Assembly (NCBI RefSeq): GCF_009914755.1
Contig: NC_060932.1
DNA: 64,000 nt
Strand: one strand, 5' to 3'
Source of the DNA: the human T2T-CHM13v2.0 reference genome, Homo sapiens
Shown one piece after another: positions 12,943 through 28,544 of this stretch (its first letter is position 1; each line of letters starts with the position of its first letter). The notes below the pieces were generated by a model. The model had not been told where the DNA came from, ran no database searches, and worked only from the letters and a program-made list of their open reading frames with translations. The position numbers were made by a program, and so were the translations under genes.

Positions 12943-13075
12943 CTGGACATGGTGGCACATGTCTGTATTTCCAGCTACTTGGGAGGCTGAGGCAAGAGGG
13001 TCACTTGAGCCTGGCAGTTTGAGGCCAGCCTTGGCAACATAGTGAGACCCTGTCTTTAAGAATAAAATTTAAAAA
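12943..13075 (+). mobile_element. Alu monomer (FLAM)
   Basis: Single monomer ggtggcacatgtctgt...gtgagaccctgtc with an A-rich tail. Confidence 0.8.
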
Positions 13076-13304
13076 GTCAATCAATGTAATTCACCATATT
13101 AACAGACTAAAGATGAAAAATCTCATCATCATATCAATTGACTCAGAAAAGTATCTGACGATATTCAACATCCATTAATGATAAAAATTTTCTGAAAATT
13201 AAGAGTAGGAGGGACTTCCTCAATTTCATAGAGAGCATCTACAGAAAACCTACACCTAACATTATACTTTCCCTTTAAGATTGGGCAAAGGCAAAGATGT
13301 CTAC

Positions 13305-13460
13305 TTTTTTTTGAATGTAGGTTTTTATTAAATGGTATGCATCTGTGACAAGATCCCTGAGCAAATAGGCCAATGTATGTTCAAAATACTTTCTTTTTAA
13401 GATTTTCCAGGCTCTGAAATGCAGCATTTTTTAAAGTGCAGGTCACTGGTAGTCCACCTG
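13305..13460 (-). pseudogene. Short 5'-truncated retrocopy of an unidentified polyadenylated RNA 3' end
   Basis: Non-L1 sequence interrupting L1 ORF2. Poly-T at 13305-13312, minus-strand AATAAA at 13324-13329, degenerate TSD aagatgtctact / aagatacccact. Confidence 0.6.
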
Positions 13461-13835
13461 AAGATACCCACTCTTAGCACTCTTATTCAACATAATGTTG
13501 GAAGTTCTAGCAAATGCAATAAGGCAATACAAAGCAAACATGCGCACAGATTAGAAAGAAAGAAAATGATCCCTATTTGCAGAGGACATGGAAAATCCCA
13601 AAGAATATACAACAAACCCCTATGGTTATGGAAATATTTTGTATCTTGACTGCATGCTAATATCCTGATTGTGACATTGTACTATAGATTTGCAAAATGT
13701 TACCATTGGAAGAAACTGGATAAAGGTTATATTGACTCTTTCTTATTATTTCTTAGAAATGCATGTGAATCTATAATTGTCTGAAAATAAAAATAATTAG
13801 TTAATTGAAAAGTATATCTTTAAAGTAGGTGTTAA

Positions 13836-14138
13836 GGCTGGGTGCGGTAGCTCACACCTATAACCCCAGCACTTTGAGAGGCCAAGGAGGGCAGATTGCT
13901 TGAGCTCAGGAGTTTGAGACCAGCCTGGGCAATATGGTGAAACCCCATCTCTACAGAAAATACAAAAATTAGTTGGGCATGGTGGTGCACGCCTGTAATT
14001 CCAGCTACCTGGGAGGCTGAGGCAGGAGAATCACTTCAGCCTGGGAGGTAAAGGTTGCAGTGAGCAGAGATCACGCCACTGCACTCCAGCCTGGGTGACA
14101 GAGGGAGACCCTGCCTCAAAAAAAAAAAAAAAAAAAAA
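13836..14138 (+). mobile_element. Alu (Jb/Sz-like)
   Basis: Full dimer with poly-A. Confidence 0.92.
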
Positions 14139-14657
14139 GTTTTTAATCTAAATAACTGAGTTTGGTTTTCTTTGGATGTTAGATTATCTCCAATAGGTAG
14201 CTCTTAATTTATTTTAGAATTTTCAGTGGAGAGGCACTTGAATAAGTTAGAAAACTCCTTTGTTTCCATAGCATGCTGAAATCATGGATAATTCCAAAAG
14301 CAAAATATATTAGTGGTATATTTACTCTTAAATATCTGGGGAGGTGCTATGTTCATATTGAGTTATCTCAGTAGAATTAGAGCAGAATATTTTACATTAA
14401 AATACTTATAAATTATAACATATAAGTACAAAGAATATCTTTTTCTTAAGCTCTGAATCATCTCTAAATATTATATTAGGATTTTCATCAGAGTTGAACA
14501 TCAGTCAAAAGAGAAAGAGAAATACTTAGAGTGTGAACAACTCTTAGATTTCGGCAGAGATTTTCTCTTATTAGCAAGAGAGAAAAAAGGAGCCTGACTT
14601 ATGTTAGCACAGTTTTTAACAGGTATATAGGAAGAAGACAATAAAACAGGAGACTCA

Positions 14658-14972
<315 letters not shown>

Positions 14973-15289
14973 TCAGATATCCTGTATCCATTGAGAAAAT
15001 TATCATTACTGTTAATCTTTTTTCTCTAGTGGCGATTGGACTTTTCTGTAACTTGGTATTCTGCAGTTTGTTTTATTTGCTTGCTCAGGACTTAAGGTGC
15101 TTCTTTAATATGAAGAAATATATTTCTTTAATTTTGTAAAAATTTCAGTTATTATACATTTGAATACTGCCACTTCCCACCCACCTTGTTCTTTACTTCT
15201 GGAACTTCGATTTATGTGTGTTGAGCCTCTAATTCCATAGAGTATTTGCGAAGTCAGAAATGTAACATATACTCATTTAACATGATCTC

Positions 15290-16240
15290 GGGTTCATCGA
15301 GGAATAATTTATACACAGTAAAGTGTTCTCTTTAGGTGCTCTGTTCGATGAGTTTTGACAAATGTATGCGCTCATGTGAGTGCTAAAAAGATGTAGAATA
15401 TTCCTATACTCAGATAATTTCGCTAATGCACCTTTGTATTTAATCCCCTTCCCCCACATCCAGTCCCTGGAAATCACTGATCTGATTTCTGTCCCTATAG
15501 TTTTACCTGTTCTAGAAGGTCATATAAATGAAATCATAGAGGATATAGCTGTTATTTGGCTTCTTTCACTCAGTGTAATGCTTTTGAGATTCACGTAGAT
15601 TGTGGCATGCATCTGTAGTTCATTCTTTTTATTGCCGAGTAGTGTTCCATAGCATGAGTGTATCACGGTTTGTTGATCCATACTAGTGGTGGACATTTTA
15701 GTTGTTTCTGTTGTTGGCAATTTTGAATAAAGTTGCCACAAACATTTACCTATGGGTGTTTTTATATCTCTTGGGTAAACACCTGGGAGTAGAGTTGCAG
15801 GGCTGTTATGGTAACATCTTAGGTGTGGGATTGCTTATGGGTACGATAAGAAACAAACAGCTTTCCAGTCATTGTACCATTCCATTCTTATCAGCAGTGT
15901 ATGAGAGTTCTAGCTGCTGTGCATTCTTGCTAGCACGTCGTACTGTTAGTTTTAAATTTTAAAAAAGTTCTTTGGTAAAGTGTCTGTTTAAATCTCTTGT
16001 CAATTTAAAAATTGAGTTTTGTGCCTTTTTATTATTAAACTGAGTTCTTTATAATTTAAATGCATGTCCTTTACTAGGTGTATGTTTTGCAAATATTTTC
16101 TCCCCGTCTGTGACTTCTCTTTTCATTTTCTTTACAGTATTTTTCAAGAGCATACTTTTTTATTTTTAAGAAGTCTAATTTAGCAGTTTTTTTCTTCTAT
16201 GTTTTGTGCTTTTTGTTTCCTAAGTCATCTTTGCCTAACC
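15290..16240 (-). mobile_element. Old L1M (L1MB/ME) 3' region
   Basis: Antisense 3'UTR/ORF2 end motifs (gatgagttttgacaaatg, ctttcactcagtgtaatgcttttgagattcac, cagcagtgtatgagagttc). Confidence 0.8.
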
Positions 16241-16450
16241 CAAACTGATAAACAGGCCGTAGGGGAGGTGTCAGTGTTCCCGGAACAACGATTATATTCA
16301 TTTATTGGCTTGAGGCTTTCAGGTAAGGAAGATAGTGTAATTTCAAAACTGCACTTGGTGCAGATCTACAGATGCGTTTGTCTCAACATTAAGGCCTGGA
16401 TACATAACAACATTTCTTGCTGCTTCCCAAGGCTAGTGGTGGGCAGCCTC

Positions 16451-16493
<43 letters not shown>
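16451..16493. repeat. (TG)n microsatellite
   Basis: About 21 TG units with one interruption. Confidence 0.97.
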
Positions 16494-16494
<1 letters not shown>

Positions 16495-16811
16495 TGCGAA
16501 GGCATAGAGCTCCTTCTCCTTAGTGCAGGCTTGTAGCAATATTCCCTCTCTCTGCGTGAGTGTCAGAATCCTCATATCTGACCCTAAAGTCCCCGCCCCC
16601 ACTGCCCTGGTAGGATTAGCTTCCCTCTATTGTACAGACTTTTCTTTTCTTTCATTCTTAATACTTGACAACTGGACATTTCTCTGTATTTTAAGCTTCA
16701 AGATATATTTGGAAATACTTTTTATACTTATGTCATCCAGTATTTTATGTTTGTAGCAGGTAGAGGCCCTCCTTACAATAGGTGATCCACCATATTGCCA
16801 AAAATTCTCTC

Positions 16812-17667
16812 TTTTTTTTTTTTCATGATCAAGTAGGGTTTATTTTTTTAAATGCAGGGATAGTTCAACATTATAAAATTTACTAATGAAATTCTTTAAA
16901 TTAAATCACTTGAAAGAATGTGTGTATATTAATATGTGTTATATAAATGTATTAATAATTCTGTTTATACATTTTAATAACATAATCATTTCTCCTCTGC
17001 ATAACCTAGAAATAAAATCTACTTAAGCTGAAAAAGATTTATCCCTGAAACTTATAACGATTAAACCTTTTTAATGATGAAATGTCAAAGCATTTATTTA
17101 TTTATTTATTTATTTATTTATTATTATTATTATACTTTAAGTTTTAGGGTACATGTGCACAATGTGCAGGTTAGTTATATAGGTATACATGTGCCATGCT
17201 GGTGTGCTGCACCCATTAACTCGTCATTTAGCATTAGGTATATCTCCTAATGCTATCCCTCCCCCCTCCCCCCACCCCACAACAGTCCCCAGAGTGTGAT
17301 GTTCCACTTCCTGTGTCCATGTGTTCTCATTGTTCAGTTCCCACCTATGAGTGAGAATATGTGGTGTTTGGTTTTTTGTTCTTGAGATAGTTTACTGAGA
17401 ATGATGATTTCCAATTTCATCCATGTCCCTACAAAGGACATGAACTCATCTAGAACTAGAAATACCATTTGACCCAGCCATCCCATTACTGGGTATATAC
17501 CCAAAGGACTATAAATCATGCTGCTATAAAGACACATGCACACATATGTTTATTGCAGCACTATTCACAATAGCAAAGACTTGGAACCAACCCAAATGTC
17601 CAACAATGATAGACTGGATTAAGAAAATGTGGCACATATACACCATGGAATACTATGCAGCCATGAG
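16812..17667 (-). mobile_element. Young L1PA (approx. PA2-PA4) 5'-truncated insertion with 5' inversion and probable 3' transduction
   Basis: Antisense L1PA 3' end ~17131-17450 with (TTTA)n tail 17093-17130. Sense-orientation upstream L1 segment 17448-17664. Extra segment 16824-17092 followed by poly-T 16812-16823. TSD aaattctct(t)ctt at 16802-16813 and 17668-17680. Confidence 0.88.
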
Positions 17668-20600
17668 AAATTCTCTTCTTGAAGACTGTGTTTTCTGATT
17701 AAACCCGCCCTTACAATTTAGAATTTAGTCTCTTTTTTTTTACATTTATTTAGTTATCCTTCAAATGTTTTAAATCAAGTGCTGAATTGTTTTAAAAAAA
17801 AATGGGAGATGGATCCTCTTTCTTGAAGCTTATAACTTTTATAAAATCCAAAGAAGTTGCTTTAAAAATTCCCCTCCCAGACAATTGCATCCCCCACCAT
17901 CTAAGTCTCTGTTATTCAATTTTCAATTTCTCTTCCTGGTTACATAGTTTGTGCACTTTGGTTTTACTCATTAATTATACCTTTTTCTCCTTGACTTACC
18001 AGAATCATTAAATGACCACAGGATTTTCCCTATTACTGCATATTTAAAAATCTTCTTTTTCATCAAATAATAGTGTAGAATATCAGAATAACCTGCATAT
18101 TTGCTGCATTATGCACTTGGAGATTTGTAGAGAACAGAACAATAATTTTTATTTGAGAACAGAAAAATAATTTTTTATTTCATGTATTTCCGGTTCTGTT
18201 TTAAGTCTGGAGTGATTATGTGGGAAGTATGAAACATGCCTCAACCCACAATGGTCTTACTACCCGATTGAAGAAGATAGGCTTTTAAAAGAAAAAATCT
18301 TATAATGCTGTAATATGAACAGCATGTAATGAAGTGCGGCAACATTGACTCATAAGTGCACAGAGGTGGGGACAGCCATGGAAGGATGAGAGGTTGGGTG
18401 AGGCTCTCCAGGGCCCTCAGAGCCCTAAAGACACTGAAAGATTTGGAATGACAAACAAAGAGAGACGCTGTTCTGACTGGGAAACAGCCTCAATAAAATA
18501 CAGAGTACACATGGAATATGAGGGCTCGGTAAAGGGACCCTCATGTTCCCCACTTCAGTCACAGAAAGTAAACAACTCCCAATAAAACGTTTTCTGCAAA
18601 TAAAATAACCAGTACTTCTCTTGAGGGGGTCCACAAGGAGCACTTTTACAGATGGATGAATTGGCAGCTATGTTTTGTTTGGTAAAACAGAAACCAGCAG
18701 GCAAACATCCTGATATTAACTCAGGAACATCTCCAGCCACAACATTTTCATTTGTTCTTATGTATTCTTAGACCAGATGAAGTGGATTTTTCCCTTACAA
18801 AGGAATTCGGAATGTATACTAAGGAAACCATTCCCTTCTGGGATCCAATCTAGTCCTTGTTTGGGAAACAAAATGTGAAACATATCCAGGTGGCTGAAAG
18901 AGAAGAGACATCCTGACAATACTCTTCAGAAGGCTCCCTGGATCCTCCCTTCCTCCACGTCATTTTACCAGCCCTTGAAAATGTACTTTTCTCCCAAATA
19001 AGGATACTTATATTCGCATTCTGTAAGCAGTCCTAGTCTTAGTGAGAGAAGGCATGCGCATACCATCCCAAGCATGCGCTGCAGAACAAGAGATCAGCGT
19101 GCTTCCCCTCAAAGGCCTATTCCCACGGGCCTTTCCCGTGTCCCCTCTTGTCACCACTACTCATATCTCTATATTTCACACCAAAGCCAGTGGAAGCCAA
19201 TGGAAGTTCCACAGTCTGCCTAGATTCCGTAAGGGTCTGATCATCCAAGGGCAAGAACAAATTGCTGGCAAACAGTCACACACATGTTTGTAATCACTGA
19301 CATTTGCACTGCTACAAATAAAGAATGCATTTCTCCTACACATGTACATTGAAGATGGTTAGGAAAATCTGTTTTGAGTTAAGCTTCTTTTCTTTGATAT
19401 GCATTTCCAATTACTAAACCAATGCTGCTTTAATTTTGTTTGTAGGAAGCTGAACTGACACGAAACAAAAGAAGTCCGTTGTTTTGGATTGAGTTCCATA
19501 CTTGGCTGGCCCAGAGGTTGATCTCACCACCATTCAGATATCCAAGAAGAAGCCACCTGTTGGATTTAAGAAAACCCAGTAAGATGTTGCTACTACGGTT
19601 TTTTTTTGTATGTGTGTCTCTGCAGGTAGAAACCTAATTAGCCAATAAAATGTACTTTTGCATGAGAATTGAAGTAAACTTTGTCTCAAATATGAGGAAC
19701 TATGTCAGTCATACAGCAATTGTATGGCAAGCCTAAAGGATGGTCAGCTTTAAACAAATTTCCACAGGTAGGCCCAGGTTTCCTATCTCTTTTTTAGTGT
19801 ATCTTTCTTGCTCACAAGTACCTTACTCTTTCATTAACTCCTTCATTCAAGTCTCCGGCTCTTAATCAGCTCCTTCTCTCACCTTCTTTGCCTGAGCATC
19901 TCTCCTATCATATTTTCCCATCTAGACCACACATCTGCCACTGGCCCCCTCATAACCACCATCTCACTAGCCGGGGTTGACTCAGCTCTATGCACAAGAT
20001 ATCTCTGACTAACTCCTTCCTATAAGCTGAGACTACCATCCATCAGCATATCTTGGACTTGGTTTCCTAATTTTGTTCTTCCACTTGCCTTTATTGCTCT
20101 TTTAATTCTATTCCAATGGTTTGTCTGGTGGGTTGTTCTTTATTGCTACCCATACAGGATGAAGACATTAACACAGGAATAAATTTATTCAGCATTTTGC
20201 TCCCTGTTTATCCCCAGATAATTCTTCAGTATAGAGACAGGTTGGTATTTTTGGGGTACTGCCATCTGGGCCTCTGCCATCCATAAACAAGGGATGGGGG
20301 GTGTGGATGGAAAAAAGAAAAATGACTATGCTGATTTCTGAAAATTACTGAGATTGAGAAAACCAAGGTCTCACATGGAATAGTTGTGTTAGATCCCAAG
20401 CTGGATAGTAAGTCTTCAATATCGTTTCTCTGAAGTCATTTGGGTTTTAATAAGGTCAAAATAACCAGGACACTGAAATTGGTACTATTGCCATCAATAA
20501 AGAATAGACAGCATTTTTGGCTGTCATCATTAGCAGGAGGACAGATTGATGGTATTTTGTCCTAAAAGCTAAGGACCTTCCTACTTCTCACTCAAAATCT

Positions 20601-21009
20601 TTTCCTTAATTATATTTACCTGAATTGTTTTGTAGCTATTGGTCCTTATATTCTGTATTAGAAACTAAATAAATCTATTTCAATCTCTTAACTAAGATTT
20701 ATAATAATACAAATTTATTTCTTAGTAGTCTATGTTTTGGTTCAGAGTGTACTGTTAGGAAGAAGACCTATTTGGAGGGTTGTTCTCTACCCATCTTTTT
20801 GGGAAAGCAGTATGGAAGAACACTGAACCATTAATCAGAAAGGAGACACAATTTCTTTTTCTTCAACTTGACAACCCAATTCTCAACTGCAAGGCAAGAG
20901 AAAAAAGTGAGGCACATCTGTTCCATCCCCTGCTGTCTATCTCTACCCTCTATTCTATAGGTTGAAATAAGAGAGGCTAGAAATAAGATGTTGATCTTCA
21001 ATTATATTT

Positions 21010-21043
21010 TTCATTCATTCATTCATTCATTCATTCATTCATT
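21010..21043. repeat. (TTCA)n tetranucleotide repeat
   Basis: About 8 units. Confidence 0.9.
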
Positions 21044-21631
21044 TCCCATGGGAAAGATTGAGGCCAAGCAGGTGAAACAAGGTGAAGAGGATGAATGGAA
21101 AAGAAAACATATACAATATTTAGCCTCCCAAAGTGGGGTGTGAGGCACTGGTGGAGAAGAAACAGTGGGTTCTCAGCTTTGGACAGATAAATGCCTGAAG
21201 CTAGTGTCTGCCTTGAGATAGTTTTGCTCTTTACCTCTCTAAGTACAAATAGCAGATGACTCAAGTTTGAGCAGAGAAGTGGGCAGAAGTGTTTGTTCTC
21301 TGCCTCCAGATGTCTCCAGTGATTGTCTGGCAAGCCGCCACACAGGAAGACAATTGACTGAGTGGTACATATTCCTCATATTCTTGCATTTCTAAAAGTC
21401 CCAGTTTATTTATTTCTAGTAATTGGTTCTGTCATTGACTGAAAAATATATATTATTAAAAAAAACTTTGTAGAAGACAGGCTTTGCACTTCTTTGCATT
21501 TGTGCTTTAGAAAGCAAAGTGGTATTTTCTAAAACATTACTGGTTCCACCCAAACACTTTTTCTTGGAGATACAATTAATTCAGGTTAACATAACTGAAC
21601 AAATATCCATTGACTATTTGTCTGTAATATA

Positions 21632-23249
<1,618 letters not shown>

Positions 23250-24031
23250 TGATATGTGTGCTGTTATAAGCAGTTAGCAAGAATTTTAACCTGCAAATAA
23301 ATATATTGAGGATTATATTTTCTGTGACAGAATAATTCTACTTCCTGTGTTTAGGAAATAACACAGTAAAAAATGTACTTTGATATATTTTCTATCTTTT
23401 TTGAACAAACAAAGAATTGTGATTTCAGTTTCATGTGTTTTTTTCTGAGGAGCTGTAACATGTCCTGGCAAGTGACAGTCTATAAAACATCTACTTAGAT
23501 TTTACCTTCGTCTTTGAAATAATAGCCTGACCATGTTTCCAATCAACATGTCTGCAGTCAGTGCCAATTTTCCTTTGTACTATGTATCTTTTAATAAAAA
23601 GATATAGCACTAACACTTTTTTTAAATCACAAAACACCTCTGCAAGGAAATGTACTAAAATATCTATACAAAAGAATATATGTAATATCTATGACTAAGA
23701 GCTATGAGCAGATCACTAAAAATCAAACTGGAGATAAAGCCAGAAAAATGCCCAAAGCCATTTGGAATTTTCTTTCATCTTAAGCTGCTTGTTGCATTCC
23801 TGGATGTGGTGGAATTTCCACCCAGTTTGTAACTTTCTATTCCCTGTTTCAACAACAAAATCTACATGCAGGCACATCTTTACAGAATTGTTAAACTGTA
23901 TGCATTTGCACTCTCTTCCTCTTCAAACCCAAGTAGTACAATCTCAAATTCTGCATAGCATCATTAAAGTATTCTATAATTAAACCTATAATGATAGGTA
24001 CATAAGAACAGGGAGTAAAAATCATAGATAC

Positions 24032-24326
<295 letters not shown>

Positions 24327-26649
24327 TCATAGGTACTTCCAAAAAAATGTTAAATCAACTAAAAAAGCATCATGCAACTTTTACGAAAACTAACCTAGCT
24401 CCTTGCAGGCAAGATGATTGCAAAGATTTTCAGAAGTCTGATTATGGGTCACAAAAGAAGCGTGTCTCACACATAATCCTGTTCTGGGTGGTTAAGGAGG
24501 AAGGAAGTGTACTTCATCAGTGGAAGTAATAGAGAATGGAAAAATTATACGGTGGATGGTGCTGTGTGGCTTTGTGAACTACTTTGCTGCATTTTCCCTT
24601 GAGTGTGACAACATTTTTAATGTAACTGTGTCTTGCATCTTGCAGCACAAAACCCCTGAAAATGAATTTCTGATGGTTAAGAATGAGTCTCATGAGGAAA
24701 TCAGGAAAATTTTTAAAAATATGATATGAATAGCTCTTACAATGGATCTTTAAAAAAATAAAATGTGTTTTGAAAGAAAGGTTTGTTTGGGCTTATCTCG
24801 CCACAGGACTGTCTGGGTTTCTACCCCCAGTGGAAAAGCGACGCCGCTCTGGCTTCCCGCCTCCTTTTGTTCTGTGGCAATCATCCATCCACGTCTGCAA
24901 TGTGCCTACAGTTTCCAATCACACATTTCTTTCTTGCTGCCACTGTGGAGTTAAGGCATATGATAGCATTTGGAAGAAAATAAACATCCCTTGTAATAGG
25001 CCAATATGGCAAACCCTGGTGAGTGGGATCTATCAAAAGCAAACTTGGGTAATGATCAAGGGAGAAAATAAAACCTTTATTCTTGGCTGCTGAGAGTGGT
25101 GACTTCCAGCTAGGCTGTTCTTTCATTTTATTGTTAGGGTGAGTTCAAGTACACCTAACACCCCAAGGGGATCACATCGTTGAAAGACTCTATACTTAAA
25201 AGAAGAAGAAATTCTAAAGTTATAAACATATCTAACTTGGAACCATCAGGGTATTCCATATTTTAGGGCATTTTCTTTTCAAGTTCTCCTTCAGTTCACA
25301 TAAAAGCCCTACTTCTTTGTTTTTCTTGGCCAAAGGATGGGGCCCTGGACAAGAGTTCTGGAAAATCCTATGGAGGCCTTGGGAGCTTCCCCTCCTGGTG
25401 CTGGCAGCCGGCAGATGCCTGTGATGCTATCTATGCCTGTCAGTTTAATCTCACAGCACTGCCTAACAGGCACGACATCGTCCTGGAGTGTTTTTACTGG
25501 AACTGTTTTAATGACTGTGAATAATATTTTGAAAGACCCAACACCTGATCTTCTATTAGCAAACCTGGCTATTTTGCTTTTAAATGTCCAAAAGAGCCAA
25601 TTATCCTGCAAATCTGATTCAAGTGTACCAGATTGAATTAGAGAAGTGCATATTTCAGGAAACTTCCCTTGCATTCCAAATCTGTCCAGTTGAGGTAGGG
25701 TTTTTTGATAGAAAACATTTCCTTTTTTTTTTTTCAAACTGTGTCTCATTTCAGAATACTTACAATATCTCTCACCCTTGGTAACAGAGGGGAGGGGTTC
25801 ATATGTTGACATCCAACTTCCTGAGAGGTGGTGAGAGACAAAATCTCCCCAACCTCCTTACCCAACTGTAATGATGAAAGATGTACAACAAAATGATGTC
25901 TTGTTTAATGTGGGATTTTATGTGCCACTGGAACATAGGCAACATCTAATGTGAAACGGCTTCTGCTTCAAACAGAGGGCCACTATTTTGCCCTCTGTTT
26001 ACTATGTTGCCCAGGGTTGCCACAGTCTTGCTAGAGTTCCAAGCACGGTGGTTATCAGCAGAGATGGATGCCATTGTAAGGAGCCTGGAAATCCCAGGTG
26101 TAGGTACTGAATAAACAAGAAAGATATTGTAATAATCTCAGTTTTGAGGACAAGGGAAAGAAACAACCACTGAAGAATTTTGATAAGAGGTTTTTCTAGT
26201 CTTCACACCATTTTCAGGAATATTTCAGCAGGGTAGGACTTAGGGCCACTTATTCAGCCTCATGATTGGCCAGTTTCTGTCCATTCCTGCACCTTTTCTC
26301 CTCCTTCTCTTGTGGGTAGTTCTCTCCAGTTGCCTCTTCTCTTTGCATATCCAGGACATGCTGATAACATTAGTGTTTCTGCAAAGATATTGATTTTAAC
26401 AGGGAAAGGAGATGGGGTCTGGCATATGGTAGATAATCAATGTTGGTTGACTAAATAAAAGCCAAACTTCATCTCCACTGACTTTATTACTACTTAAACT
26501 GAACATTAAAAAAAAGAATTAGTCTTGGACATGATGCAACATTATTGCTGAGCCAAACTTTTTTACTATCTTGGGTTTTACAGCCTTCTTATCCTTCTGG
26601 TTAAGTGAGAGCAGGCAACTCCATCTGGCATGTAAAGAACTGGAAAAAA

Positions 26650-28100
26650 TTTCTATGGATTTTTGTACCTGTTTATTTCTCCTTGTACATGTTGTAGCTA
26701 CTGGTAGAATATTTGGATTTTTGCCAGTTTGTTAGAAGAGTAAATTTTACTTTACATTTACTTTTTATGAGCAAGATTGAGCATCTTGTTATATGTTTAA
26801 GTGTCATTTGTGTTTCTTTTTAAAATAATTTTTTATTGTTACCTCTCGCCCATTCTTTTCTATCAGGTTGTTGGTCTTTTCTCCACTTTTAGAAGCCTTT
26901 GTAAATTAAGGATATTAGTTAGCTCTTTGTGTTTGTTACATGTGGCAAATATACTTCTCTAGATTGTCATTTGTTTTATACTTTGCTACTGTAAATGTGT
27001 TTTAATTTCACAGAGCTAAATTTATCACTATTTCTCCTTGTTGCCTCTGTGTTTTGAATCATGATTAGGAATACTTATGCATTTTCAGGTAATTAAGAAA
27101 TTCATCTCTGTTTTCTTTTCATATTTGTGTGGTTTCATTTTTTACATTTCAATCTCTAAACTATTTTGAATTTCCCTGGTGTCTATTATAAGAAATATAT
27201 CCTATATTATCACTTTTCACATTGCTATTGAGTTATCCCAATATTATTTGTCAAGAAGGCCATCCTTTCCCCATTGATTTGAAATTCTGCTTTTTTACAT
27301 GCATTAAATTTCCACATACAACCATGCCTATTTCTGGATTTTCTATTTTATCACATTAGTTTGTCTGTGAACCAATATTATGCTATTTTTAATTATATAG
27401 ACTTTATCATTCATACAGTAACAATAATTTGTAATGTCATTTTATACACAGTAGGAAAAGTTTCCCCCCACAACCAACCCACTGTGCTCCTTTCCTGGGG
27501 CTTTTGTAGTTATTATTGCTTGTTTGTTCTTCCAAATGAACTTTGTTACCACTTTCTCTAGCTTTAGAGATAAAAGACTGTTGATATTGTACTGAGATGG
27601 CATTAAGCTTGTTAATCAACTTAGGGATGATTTACATCTTTACGATAATGAGTTTTTCTGCCAAGGTATACTGCATGTCTTCCCATTTTCCACTAAGTAG
27701 GCTCTGTAGTTTTTAGGAGTGTTTTATGATTTTCCTCATATAGGCTTTATATACTTCTTAATCTTAGTGTTAAAGTTATGCCCAATGTTTTCTTTTCTAA
27801 ATGTAAATAGAATCTTTCCCATTATAATTTCCCATTAATTTTCAATTGATTTTTGTTTTACATGTGAGAGCTATTTTTGAAAGTATCCATTTAAACTACT
27901 ATAATAAATTATCTTATTGTTAATACTGGTTTTCCACTGATTTATTTTTTAGGGGGACGCTACGGATGTATAATTTTATCACATGCAAATACCTCTTTTT
28001 AATTCTTAGACTACTAATTGCTTCTCTTGTCTTATTACATTGGCCAAAATCATCAACATGATATTGAATAGTAGCTCTAGTGCATTTTAGAAAGCTATTC
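26650..28100 (-). mobile_element. Old L1M ORF2 fragment
   Basis: Antisense ORF2 motifs (gcaaatatacttctc, tttccccattgatttgaaat, tatttctggattttctatttt, aatcaacttaggg). Confidence 0.7.
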
Positions 28101-28544
28101 ACAAAGAATAAAGTTGATTGCTTTGGGAACTTTTCCTCTTTTTTCTCACTTTTCCCTCTTCCTTCCTAGAAAGAAAGAATATGAGAATGAGATGCAGAGT
28201 AGAGTTCCCAACATTAAGCATGAGAGAGACAAAGGGAGTCTAGGAATCTGGATAATTACAATTAGAATTCAGACCTTGGGATATCTATGGTTCACAAGAA
28301 ATGTGTTGTTTAGCTGCCAACATTTCGATGCTTCATTAATGTAGATGCTTCCAAGATAATTGCTCAATTAATTATCAAGACTCTACATGTTCACAGAGAT
28401 ATTTGACCTGAGTTATTTCCTTTGCCAGGATAACTTGAAGGATGAGTAAAAGACTTAACTTGGATAAGAAAACCTTCTCATACATTCTGCTTAAGTCAGA
28501 AAGCCATTTCCTTGAAGTTTCTTAGCATTCTAGGGCTTATATGG

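Noticed and set aside
25309-25812. 167-aa minus-strand ORF
   Set aside because: No recognisable domain or exon context, and the length is compatible with chance in 64 kb.
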